Assembly (NCBI RefSeq): GCF_009914755.1 | Contig: NC_060927.1 | Source of the DNA: the human T2T-CHM13v2.0 reference genome, Homo sapiens | Length of the DNA: 64,000 bases | Reading direction: 5' to 3' (one strand) | In this document: positions 15,734-31,722 of the stretch, piece after piece | Position numbering within the stretch: position 1 is the first letter of the stretch | Layout of the letters: every line of letters starts with the position of its first letter | The notes under the pieces: model-generated | Told to the model about the DNA's origin: nothing | The model's database searches: none | What the model saw: the letters and a program-made list of their open reading frames with translations, nothing else | Position numbers and translations under genes: made by a program

Positions 15734-16135
15734 ACTTTAAAGGATCAAAGTTCTTTTCTGGTGGATATTTTCACTTTTAACACTGACTTGACCACAATAA
15801 ATGCTAGTGGATATATCAGCTGAAAGATTATCTACTCAGGAGACTTAGCTGCAGAGATGCCTAGCTGCTTGGAGCCATGGCTGAGGCCTGGTATTACTTG
15901 GCCCTGGCAAAAGTAAGGCAGATGTCCCATAATGTAGTCTGCTCAGGGCATAGGCTGGGACCTGGACTGTGTGTCTTGCAGAGCTGCCGTCAATGTGGTG
16001 CCGGGACCTTGGACCAGCCAGGGGGCAGGAGCATGGGCTTTGCCTGCCGCTGGGGCGTACTATGGGCTGGATGATGCCGACAACATGTTGCAGCTGATCC
16101 TTGATGTTGCTAGCCCGGCAAAAGCCACCGGCGAA
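15734..16135 (-). pseudogene. RFK: Intronless riboflavin kinase (RFK) mRNA-derived fragment: GC-rich 5'UTR-like leader, N-terminal CDS and a short C-terminal piece
   Basis: From 15951 the minus strand reads MP*ADYIMGHLPYFCQGQVIPGLSHGSKQLGISAAKSPE / VDNLSADISTSIYCGQVSVKSENIH / PEKNFDPLK. Recalled human RFK: MPRADCIMRHLPYFCRGQVVRGFGRGSKQLGIPTANFPEQVVDNLPADISTGIYYGWASVGSGDVH...PEKNFDSLE. The 5' boundary is approximate. Confidence 0.9.
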
Positions 16136-16139
16136 TTAC

Positions 16140-16676
16140 GAGCTTGGAGTTCTTTTGGGGAGGGGGACTTAGGCTGGGCCTGAGGGAAGGGTTGGGTGTA
16201 TTAGGTGGGGGACCAGGGGTATTAGGTGGAGGATGGCCTAGGGGATCCCGTGTGCTGTTCTCGTTTGCCAGGATTCCCTGAGCCCCTTCCCTCACTGGTT
16301 CTACAGTAGGGGCAGGGGCATAAGGGAAAAGGGAGGACAGGTCTTTGCTTCCAACAAAGAGCATAGACCAGTTTTTCTTGAGAAACTGGGCTTTTATTAT
16401 TTACATGTTGAATTAAAAGTTGACATAGTATATCCTCAGTCGACCCAAACTTTGGCCAGAAGATTGAGGGATTGAGGTTAGGTCTTTGAGTCCAAATAGA
16501 ACAGCAATATTTTATCATTTGTTGCTTTTATTTATGTTTAGTTCTTTCATTATCTTCCCAGCCTTTTAGCATGAGACCTAGAGGGTTATCAGGTGGTATA
16601 TCTTTGAGACCTAAGGGACTATCAAGGGGATATCTTTGTTGCTAACTTCATCTTTTTTGCTTGTAATATTTCCCAT
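16140..16676 (-). pseudogene. Retroviral gag remnant (matrix and proline-rich region)
   Basis: MGN start at 16676; DIPPDNPLGLML; MIKYCC..IFWPKFGS..CQLL; PPPNTPGPPPNTP. Confidence 0.8.
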
Positions 16677-18252
16677 ACTGGGTCCTGGCTAGGCTCAATC
16701 CCTCTTATTAGGAATCTCTTGCCAATTTGGGGAGTTCCTTGTGGCTCAACCCCTCATATTAGCGATCTCTTGCCTATCCTTCAGTGGAAGCTTTGCTAAG
16801 GCTTAATTCGCTTATCTCCATCTGCTGGAGGTCCCTTGAACCCTTCTTTTGCTTCGTCTGCTCTGGCCACTTCCCTCTCGGGAATGTTTCAGGTCCCTCT
16901 TACCATTGATGGCGGGTCAGTATAAATCCCTGATGGGACCCCCAAAGGGCCGCCCTAAGCCATATGTGGTGACCACGGAATCGTAGATTGGACTCACTCA
17001 TTCCTCACAGCAGTAGTGCTTGTTACCATTCATGCACTTTCAACCTCCAGAATGCCCCGACCACCCCCTCTGACCACCAAAGAAGTACTTTGTCGCCCCT
17101 GTGACGTTTCGTACCTTGGTCTGTGCACAGAGTTTACCTGGTCGCCACGGTATTGCAAGCCTCTCCTCCCCACGTTGCTGAGAGTGTGGGTTTATTCGTC
17201 ACCAAGGGTGGGTCTCAATCTCACCTCCCTGAGGCCACCGCAGTGGGGCAGTGGGACACGTCTTGCCTGAGTAAGGAAGTTAACAGGCTAAACACTTTGA
17301 AGAGAACTCAGAAAGATTTATTGTATCTTACAGATCAGGGTACCTCTGCTCAGATTCCCTTCATGGATACCAAAATGTGAACCCCGAATATCTGAGACAG
17401 GTCTCAGTTAATTTACAAGGTTTGTTTTGCCAAGGTTGAGGACATATGCCTGTGACACAGCCTCAGGAGGTCCTAACAACATGTGCCCAAGGTGCTCAGA
17501 GCACGGCTTGGTTTTATACGCTCGGAGACATAAGACATCAGTCAACATACGCAAGATGAACATTGGTTCTGTCTGGAAAGGTGGGACAACTCAAAGCAAA
17601 AGCAGGACAGCTCAAAGCAGGGAGGGGGCTTCTAGGTCATAGGTTGATAAGAGACAAATGGTTGTATTCTTTTGAGTTTTCGATTAGCCTCTCCAAATGA
17701 GGCAATCAGATATGCACTTATCTCAGTGAGCAGAGGGATGACTTTGAGTAGAAGGGGAGGTAGGCTTTGCCCTAAGTAGTTCCTAACTTGACTCTTCCCA
17801 TTAGCTAAGTGATTTTGGGTCCTCAAGATTTGTTTTCCTTTCACAAAAATGTGTACTCATAAAAATTTAGCTAGACATTTCATAGATTTCTGTGTTCTAT
17901 TTTTCTCTTTGCAGAAAGCAAAAGTGGACTACTTTGATTAAAAGTGGTGATTAATAACAATAAAAATATACTTGGTACAATAATCATGGAAAAAATGAAT
18001 ATATATACACATAATAATGAATATAAATCTTTACTAAGGAAACAGTTCATTAAAGTGGTAATTTCAATATAGTAGATATACAATCTTATTTAATATAAGA
18101 TTAGTTATCTGCATACTAAATAAAATATAAAATTAAAAATTAAAAACCTTTATTGTGTATTTACATAATCATGTATTTTAAAATAATACTTATAAAGGTA
18201 TATAAAGACTAAATTTTTAGAAGTCTAAATAAAAAAGTTTATTTAAAGTATT

Positions 18253-18619
18253 TGATATGGTTTGGCTGTGTCCCCACCCAAATCTCTTCTTGAATTGTAG
18301 CTCCCTTAATTCCCATGTGTTGTGGGAAGGACCTAGTGGGAGGTAATTGAATCATGGGGGTGGGTCTTTCCCATGGTGTTCTCATGATAGTCAATAAGTC
18401 TCACCAGATCTGATGATTTTATAAAGAGGAGTTCCCCTGCACAAACTATCTTTTTGCTAGCTGCCATGTAAGACGTCCCTTTGCTCTTCCTTCATCTTCC
18501 ACCATGATTGTGAGGCTTCCCCAGCCATGTGGAACTGTGAGTCAATTAAAATTCTTTCCTTTCTAAACTACCCAGTCTCGAGTATGTCTTTATTAGCAGC
18601 ATGAAAACAAACTAATACC
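18253..18619 (+). mobile_element. THE1-type MaLR solo LTR
   Basis: tgatatggtttggctgtgtcccc...actaatac; 5-bp TSD gtatt. Confidence 0.9.
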
Positions 18620-18991
18620 GTATTTTTAATGTTAATGGATTCATTCATTAAAGTGACTTAGAAATCCTTTATTGCATATTACTACATGGGATGATATACA
18701 AAAAGTAACTTTGAAATTCATCATTGAGCCTCTCATTTTCCTTTTCTTGTCCCTTGTACTTTTTTCAATTTACTTGATCTCATTCATTCATTCATTTAAC
18801 AAATATTTATTAAACACCTCAAACATGTACGGAGACACAGTAATGAGCAAACAAAACTGTTGTCCTTATGAAACTTATATTCTCACATGGAGAGTCAGAC
18901 AATACAAAGATATGTATGCAAAATGTCTGAATTTAAGAAGTGCTCTGAAGAAAAATGAATCACAGTGAGAAGATAGAAAGGGAGGGAGGGA

Positions 18992-19291
18992 GGCCAGGTG
19001 TGGTGGCTCACTCCTGTAATCCCAGCACTTTGGAAGGCCAAGGCAGGTGCATCATGAGGTCAGGAGTTCAAGACCAGCCTGGCCAACATGGTGAAACCCT
19101 GTCTATACTAAAAATACAAAAATTAGCTGGGAGTGGTGGCAGGCACCTGTAATCCCAGCTACTCAGGAGGCTGAGGCAGAAGAATTACTTGAACCCAGGA
19201 GGCAGAGGTTGCAGTGAGCTGAGATCATGCCATTGCACTCCAGCCTGGGTGACAGCGCTAGACTCCACCTCCAAAAAAAAAAAAAAAAAAA
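18992..19291 (+). mobile_element. Alu
   Basis: Alu consensus with poly(A). Confidence 0.9.
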
Positions 19292-19606
19292 GTGAGGGAA
19301 AAAACCATGCTGATATCTGGGGAAGAGCAAAGGCTCTAGACACATGAGGATCAGCAAGGAGGGTGTATTAGCCAGGGTTCTCTAGAGGGACAGGACTAAT
19401 AGGATAGATGTAAATATGAAAAGGAGTTTATTAAGGAGTATTGACTCACACAATCACAAGGTAAAGTCCCACAATAGGCCATCTGCATGCTGAGGAGCAA
19501 GGAAGCCAGTCCGAGTCCCAAAACCTCAAAAGTAGGGAAGCCAACAGTGCAGCCTTCAGTCTGTGGTCAAAGGCCCAAGAGCCCTGGCAAACCATTGGTG
19601 TAGGTT

Positions 19607-20115
19607 TGTGAAAGGAAATTAAATTTTGCGACCCCAAACTCATTTAGCCAAAGAGAAAAGTCAAGCTGGGAACTGGGTCATGCAAACCTGCCTCCCCTTT
19701 TGGTTCCTAAATAAGATGGCTACTAGATGAAAAGCTACGTGCCTCCCCCATATTTTTCCCACAAGGAAATTCCTAGTGAGCTGTTAAAATTTCTCCATGC
19801 AATGCAAGTTGATAGCTTATCTTTACAGGTGCAGTCAACCTGGCCCGCCAGACACAAATGTGTATGTGATTGTCCCCCTACCCCATTTTGGCTGTGTTAT
19901 CTTAGGTAAAATGCAGATTCCCCACATTTTTCCTCTCCCCCTTTTGTTTATGTAAAAACTGAGTGTTTCTCAATATCCTGGCCTTTCCCCTTTAAATTTG
20001 AAACCCTCAAAATCATCTTTGAAGAAAGGCATATATCTGTCTCTCGGGTGCGTTGTTAACTTTGGCAAATAAGTCTCCTAAAATGACTGAGACTAGTCAT
20101 TTTCCTCGATTGATA
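19607..20115 (+). mobile_element. MER4A-like solo LTR
   Basis: Starts tgtgaaaggaaa; TSD ggtt (19603-19606 / 20887-20890). Confidence 0.75.
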
Positions 20116-20116
20116 G

Positions 20117-20883
20117 TGTCGAAGAAAAGACTCAAACTCTGTAAAATATTTGGAGAGATTTATTCTCAGCCAAATATGAGTGACCATGGCCCATGACACA
20201 GCCCTCAGGAGGTCCTGAGAACATGTTCCCAAGGTGGTCAGGGCACAGCTTGGTTTTATACATTTTAGAGAGACATGAGACATCAATCAAATACATTTAG
20301 GAAATACATTGGTGTGGTCCAGAAAGGTGGGACAACTCAAAGCGGGTTGGATGGGGGGCGCTTCCAGGCTGTAGGTGAATTTAAACATTTTCTGGTTGAC
20401 AATTGGTTGAGTTTGTCTGAAGACCTTGGATTGATAGAAAGGGAATGTTCAGGTTAAGATAAAGATTGTGGAGACCAAAGTTCTTTTGAAGTCTTATAGT
20501 GGCTGCCCTTAGAGAAAATAGATGACAAATGTTTCTTATTCAGATCTTAGTTAGTCTCTGAAGGATTGGGAGGGTCTGGAAGAAAAAGATCTAGCTATTT
20601 AATACAGATTCTTTACAGATGCAAATTTTTCCCCACAAAGAACAGCTTTGCAGGGCTATTTCAAAATATGGCAAATAAACATGTTGTTGGGTAAAATATT
20701 TTTATTTTCTTCCTTGTCTCGTAATGTTATGCCAGGGTCAGGTTAGAAAATAAGTCATGATATACAGAGTTAAATAAAACCCATCTGATGAGAATTTATG
20801 GTTTGTAGGGCATAGGGCATTACACCCCAGACCCCTTAGACAGGAATTTGGGCAAGATAAAAAAAATCAGAGTTTAGTCCTCA
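20117..20883 (-). mobile_element. MER4D/E-like solo LTR
   Basis: Minus strand starts TGAGGACTAAACTCTGATTTT; TSD atag/acag. Confidence 0.7.
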
Positions 20884-22677
20884 ACAGGTTCAAGAGTCCA
20901 AAAGCTGAAGAACTTGGTGTCCTATGTTTGAAGGCAGGAAGAATCCAGGATGGGAGAAAGATGGAGGCCAGAAGACTTAGCCAGTCTAGTCCTCCCACGT
21001 TCTTCGGCTTGCTTTTATTCTAGCCACGGTGGCAGCTGATTAGATTGTGCCCACCCAGATTGACGGTGCGTCTGCCTCTCCAAGTCCACTGATTCAAATG
21101 TTAATCTCCTTTGGCAGCACCCTCACAGACACACCCAGGAACAATACTTTGCATCCTTCAATCCAATCAAGTTGACACTCAATACTAATCATCACAGAGG
21201 CCAATGTGGCTGGAGCAAAAGGGGCAGGGAAGTAGGAATTCCTTGCAATAAGAGCAACAATAAATTCACTGGATGGAGTGTCTTTAGCAGACAAAGGACC
21301 TGGTCTGACTTAAAAGGATCCCTTTAGTTACTGTGTTGTGAATTTGAGGCAGGATAAATAAGGTTAGGAGGCCATGCTAAGCAGTTGTACAGGATACCAG
21401 CCCACTGCCCAATGGTTACAAGTTCCTGACATCCAATACAGCTGGGAAAGACAACAAAAGCCTTTATTCATATTGTAGCTTCCCCAATTTCCAGCCAATT
21501 AGCATCAAAACCCAAGAAGCTATTAGCTACAAATTCCTGCCTTGAGTGAGGGGCAGGGGGAGGGGGACTGGGTGGCTAGAAACTTTTTCAGGTTCCTGCA
21601 TGTGTAGCTAGGCTCAAGTTTTAGCTTATAATAGTTTTTTCCTTATTTTAATAGTAAAAATCACACTGCTAGGAAGAGATTTTATATGCTAATGATACAT
21701 GCAATGCCTGTTAGAGCAGTGGTCACCAACCTTTTTGGCACGAAGGACTGGTTTCTTGGAAGACAATTTTTCCAGGGTTAGAGGGTGGGGGGATGGTTTC
21801 AAGATGATTCAAGCACATTTGTTGTGTGCTTTATTTCTACAATTTTATCATTTTCATTATATATTACATTGTAATATATAATGAAATAATTATACAACTC
21901 ACCATAATGTAGAATCAGTGGGAGCCCTGAGTTTGTCTTCCTGCAACTAGACATCCCATCTAGGGGTGATAGGAGACAGTGACACTCAAAGTGTGTTGCT
22001 TATGTCCAGTCTACTCCATAATCTCATTTTGGTTGCTGTCACCACAGAAAATGCACAACACAAATGGGTCACAGATACATTCCTTTCCAGTTCAGGGGTC
22101 TTTTGTGGTTGGGAAGTAATGCTCAAACTCTTTTGAAAGCTAAGATAGGTGATCATGCACTAGCTGGGAGAGAGAAGGCCCTGGCTTAGTCTCTTTCAAA
22201 ATCTCTGCTAATATTCGAAACATGTTAAAAATCCCAGTGTTAACTCATCACCCCCATAATTCCAGTTTGATTTTGAATGCAGCCACTTTATCTGCCAACT
22301 TGAACACAGTTGTCATTCTCCCTTGAAGTGACAGATTGAGTTCATTGAGCAGGTTAAATATGTCATACGACTGAGCAAATTTTGTGACCCATTCTGTGTC
22401 ACTGAAATGTGCTGCCACTGGTGACTGTTTTTCTAAAAGAAATCTGTGGAATGGAAGATGGCCGAATAGGAACAGCTCCGGTCTACAGCTCCCAGCGTGA
22501 GCGACGCAGAAGACGGGTGATTTCTGCATTTCCATCTGAGGTACCGGGTTCATCTCACTAGGGAGTGCCAGACAGTGGGCGTGGGCCAGTGGGTGTGCGC
22601 ACCGTGTGCGAGCCGAAGCAGGGCGAGGCATTGCCTCACCTGGGAAGTGCAAGGGGTCAGGGAGTTCCCTTTCCGAG

Positions 22678-22893
22678 TCAAAGAAAGGGGTGACGGACGC
22701 ACCTAGAAAATCGGGTCACTCCCACCCGAATACTGCGCTTTTCAGACCGGCTTAAAAAACGGCGCACCACGAGACTATATCCCACACCTGGCTCGGAGGG
22801 TCCTACGCCCACGGAATCTCGCTGATTGCTAGCACAGCAGTCTGAGATCAAACTGCAAGGCAGCAGCGAGGCTGGGGGAGGGGAGCCCGCCAT
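22678..22893 (-). CDS. L1 ORF0 (71 aa), intact
   Basis: MAGSPPPASLLPCSLISDCCASNQRDSVGVGPSEPG...RHPFL* in the antisense 5'UTR. Confidence 0.75.
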   Translation of the reverse strand: MAGSPPPASLLPCSLISDCCASNQRDSVGVGPSEPGVGYSLVVRRFLSRSEKRSIRVGVTRFSRCVRHPFL

Positions 22894-23348
22894 TGCCCAG
22901 GCTTGCTTAGGTAAACAAAGCAGCGGGGAAGCTCGAACTGGGTGGAGCCCACCACAGCTCAAGGAGGCCTGCCTGCCTCTGTAGGCTCCACCTCTGGGGG
23001 CAGGGCACAGACAAACAAAAAGACAGCAGTAACCTCTGCAGACTTAAATGTCCCTGTCTGACAGCTTTGAAGAGAGCAGTGGTTCTCCCAGCACACAGCT
23101 GGAGATCTGAGAACGGGCAGACTACCTCCTCAAGTGGGTCCCTGACCCCTGACCCCCGAGCAGCCTAACTGGGAGGCACCCCCCAGCAGGGGCACACTGA
23201 CACCTCACACGGCAGGGTATTCCAACAGACCTGCAGCTGAGGGTCCTGTCTGTTAGAAGGAAAACTAACAAACAGAAAGGACATCCACACCGAAAACCCA
23301 TCTGTACATCACCATCATCAAAGACCAAAAGTAGATAAAACCACAAAG

Positions 23349-24354
23349 ATGGGGAAAAAACAGAACAGAAAAACTGGAAACTCTAAAACGCACAGCGCCT
23401 CTCCTCCTCCAAAGGAACGCAGTTCCTCACCAGCAACGGAACAAAGCTGGATGGAGAATGACTTTGACGAGCTGAGAGAAGAAGGTTTCAGACGATCAAA
23501 TTACTCTGAGCTACGGGAGGACATTCAAACCAAAGGCAAAGAAGTTGAAAACTTTGAAAAAAATTTAGAAGAATATATAACTAGAATAACCAATACAGAG
23601 AAGTGCTTAAAGGAGCTGATGGAGCTGAAAACCAAGGCTCGAGAACTACGTGAAGAATGCAGAAGCCTCAGGAGCTGATGCGATCAACTGGAAGAAAGGG
23701 TATCAGCAATGGAAGATGAAATGAATGAAATGAAGCGAGAAGGGAAGTTTAGAGAAAAAAGAATAAAAAGAAATGAGCAAAGCCTACAAGAAATATGGGA
23801 CTATGTGAAAAGACCAAATCTACGTCTGATTGGTGTACCTGAAAGTGATGCGGAGAATGGAACCAAGTTGGAAAACACTCTGCAGGATATTATCCAGGAG
23901 AACTTCCCCAATCTAGCAAGGCAGGCCAACGTTCAGATTCAGGAAATACAGAGAACGCCACAAAGATACTCCTCGAGAAGAGCAACTCCAAGACACATAA
24001 TTGTCAGATTCACCAAAGTTGAAATGAAGGAAAAAATGTTAAGGGCAGCCAGAGAGAAAGGTCGGGTTACCCTGAAAGGGAAGCCCATCAGACTAACAGC
24101 GGATCTCTCGGCAGAAACCCTACAAGCCAGAAGAGAGTGGGGGCCAATATTCAACATTCTTAAAGAAACCCAGAATTTCATATCCAGCCAAACTAAGCTT
24201 CATAAGTGAAGGAGAAATAAAATACTTTACAGACAAGCAAATGCTGAGAGATTTTGTCACCACCAGGCCTGCCCTAAAAGAGCTCCTGAAGGAAGCGCTA
24301 AAGATGGAAAGGAACAACCGGTACCAGCCGCTGCAAAATCATGCCAAAATGTAA
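23349..24354 (+). pseudogene. L1 ORF1, disrupted
   Basis: Premature TGA at 23676-23678 and a small frameshifting deletion near 24165. Confidence 0.9.
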
Positions 24355-24417
24355 AGACCATCGAGACTAGGAAGAAACTGCATCAACTAACGAGCAAAAT
24401 CACCAGCTAACATCATA

Positions 24418-28245
<3,828 letters not shown>

Positions 28246-29022
28246 ACAATGAGATCACATGGTCACAGGAAGGGGAATATCACACTCTGGGGACTGTGGT
28301 GGGGTGGGGGGAGGGGGGAGGGGTAGCATTGGGAGATATACCTAATGCTAGATGACGAGTTAGTGGGTGCAGCGCACCAGCATGGCACATGTATACATAT
28401 GTAACTAACCTGCACAATGTGCACATGTACCCTAAAACTTAAAGTATAATAAAAAAAAAAAAAAAGAAATCTGTGGAATGACTCTCATAACTCAGAAACT
28501 CTGGCCAGTGATCCACCTTTAAAAAGCTATCTCATTTCTGTGTATAAGAAGGTGTGTGTGCTCTGTGTGCATCTCCTCACGGAGCTGTGTGAACAGATGT
28601 GAGTTAAGGGCACGTACTTTAATGTGGTTGATAATTTTAATCACATCCTGCAAAACGTTAAGTTCATTTGATACTTTCTGGCTAGCTAGCATTTCTCTAT
28701 GGACGACTCAGTGTGTAGACTCACATTCAGAAGCAACCTCTTTGACCCGAATAGTGAAACCAGAAAGCTGTCCAGTCATGGCAGCTGCTCTGTCGGTCCA
28801 TAAACTGACACAAAATAACCAATTCAGTTTTGCTATGTAATCATTCAAAGACTTGACTAGTTCTGCCGCTGTGGTGTTGGTTGGCAACAAAAGTGCACAT
28901 AACATATCCTCATGCACATCCACCTGAAAAATCACACAAAAACAAGCATTGTTGACTTGTTGTCAACCTCAGTAAATTAATCAACCTGGATTTTGTACCA
29001 GAGTGACCCATTAATCCTTTCT

Positions 29023-29331
<309 letters not shown>

Positions 29332-30629
29332 CTAGTAATTGTGCCTCGATATCCTCTGCTATTTCATCATTTCCTCTAATTATGGTGCTAGCCCAAAGAG
29401 GCACACGTGCCACCTTTTGAACTGCAGCATCTCCTAAAAGTTCATGACAAATGTCCTTAGCAGCAGGCAGGTTCAATTCTCCAGTAGTAAAGAGCTTCTT
29501 AGCTTAGCAATGCTGTTAGCCACTAAGAATGACACTGTCAATGCAGACACATTTGATGGAAGTGGCGGCCTTCAATAATTGCTTCTGTTCTTCGTGTCCA
29601 CATTTTTTCTTTTGAAAAACTCCAAAGGCTTCTCTTTTTATGTAGGGTGCTTGGTCTCCATGTGGCGAAGCAGTTTTGAAGGTTTCATGGGTTTGTTGGA
29701 TAGCCGCTTGCCACATATTATATAAAGCAGGCTTGGAGAATGTGAATCACCTGTTGCAGTGAACCTGCAATTTAAGTAGGACTCTAGGTATTTTCTTTCA
29801 CATGCAGCTTTCCTTTTATTAGCAGTCTTAGAGTTTTCCATTTTCTCATCATTGGGTCTTTCCCCATTTTCAAAGAAGCTCTCCAGTGACATTTGTTTTT
29901 TACTCGTTTTGGCTAGAGTTAGGTTGTGGGCTTACCAAAACTGTGACTGAGGCAAGTGCTCAGTGTGGGAAGGAAGCGCGGACGGAAGTGGTAAATAAAA
30001 TAATGGGCGGGCCACGCAAGACTTTAAAGCCTGCCATCAGATGCAACTGTACAACTGAAATACATCAACTCACTTGCCACTATAAAGCTTGCCACCAGTG
30101 CAGCTTTTGTCACTTGACACTCACTGACAGGGTTTTGATATGAATCTGCAAGCAATTGATTTATTATGGTCTCTGTGCAGTCAAACCTCTTTGCTAATGT
30201 TAATCTGTATTTGCAGCTGTTCCCCAGCCCTAGCGGCCACACCTTAGCTCCACCTCAGGTCATCAGGCATTAGATTCTCATAAGGAGTGCGTAACCCAGA
30301 TCCCTTGAATGGATAGTTCACAAGGGGGTTCACACTCCCATGAGAATCTAATGCCACTGCTAATCTGACAGGAGGCAGAGCTCAGGTGGTAATACAAGTG
30401 ATAAGGAGAGGGTGTAAATACAGATGAAACTTCACTCGCTCGCCCACTGCTTACCTCCTACTGTGTGGCCTGGTTCCTAACAGGCCATGGACTGATACTG
30501 GTCTCTGGCCCAGAGGTTGGGGACTCCTGTGTTAGAACATGTAGATGCCAAGTACCTGTGCCAACCACAGGTCCACCTTTGCATACTTGACCTTACCAGT
30601 ATTTTATGAATATATATGTACAGCTCCCA

Positions 30630-31143
30630 TGTTACCAGTGAAGGGTCTTGACTATGAGTCATACAGGTTCTTGGCGTTTGAACAAAGAATTGGACAAAAC
30701 ACATAAGCAAAGCAATGAAAGAATGGAGCAATGAAGGCACAGATGTGTTGAAACAAAAGTACACTCCACAGCTCAAGAGCACCTGTTACAGAATTTTCTG
30801 GGATTTAAATACCCTCTAGAGCGTTCCCATTGGTTACACCCTATGTAAATGAAGGAGTGGCCCATAACCAGCCTGCTTGGTTGCAGGAGGTGACCAATCA
30901 GAGGCTGAAGTGAAGTTACAAAGTTACACATGAGGACTTGGCCTGCTACCAGTCTGATTATTTGCCAGAGGGGACCAGTCAGAGGTACTTTCCATTTTTT
31001 CATCTGCAATGCAGTGCATTGGGAGTAGCCTCCGATCCTTTTGTTACTTGGGCATGGAGAGGTGGGGTTTTCCTTTTGGTTCAGCTCTAGGAAGTCAGCA
31101 GGGCCTTCGGTTCCCTGTCTCTAGACCCTGTTCTCCTGCCTCA
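30630..31143 (-). mobile_element. ERV1 solo LTR (MER51-like)
   Basis: Minus strand starts TGAGGCAGGAGAACAGGGTCT; 4-bp TSD ccca. Confidence 0.75.
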
Positions 31144-31195
31144 CCCATAAAGGGAATTCCCTAGAGATACTAAAGGCTGTCTGTCTCTCTTCTGA

Positions 31196-31722
<527 letters not shown>

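Larger units (their letters stand above)
12063..17332 (-). mobile_element. Internally deleted HERV-I / HERVIP10-like provirus (LTR10-type LTRs)
   Basis: 4-bp TSD gatc on both sides. Full 3' LTR at 12063-12584 preceded by PPT AAAAGGGAGGAAT. 5' LTR remnant at ~17268-17332 starts with the same TGTAAGATACA. gag, pol and env remnants lie between. Confidence 0.85.
19364..21196. mobile_element. MLT2 (ERVL) LTR split by MER4-type LTRs
   Basis: tgtattagccagggttctctagaggg ... atcaca; near-TSD gaggg/gaggc; halves at 19364-19606 and 20887-21196. Confidence 0.8.

Noticed and set aside
15877-16183. Plus-strand ORFs (65 and 70 aa), and a possible GPCR-like reading of this GC-rich segment
   Set aside because: They are antisense shadows of the RFK-derived fragment; the minus-strand RFK match explains the segment far better.
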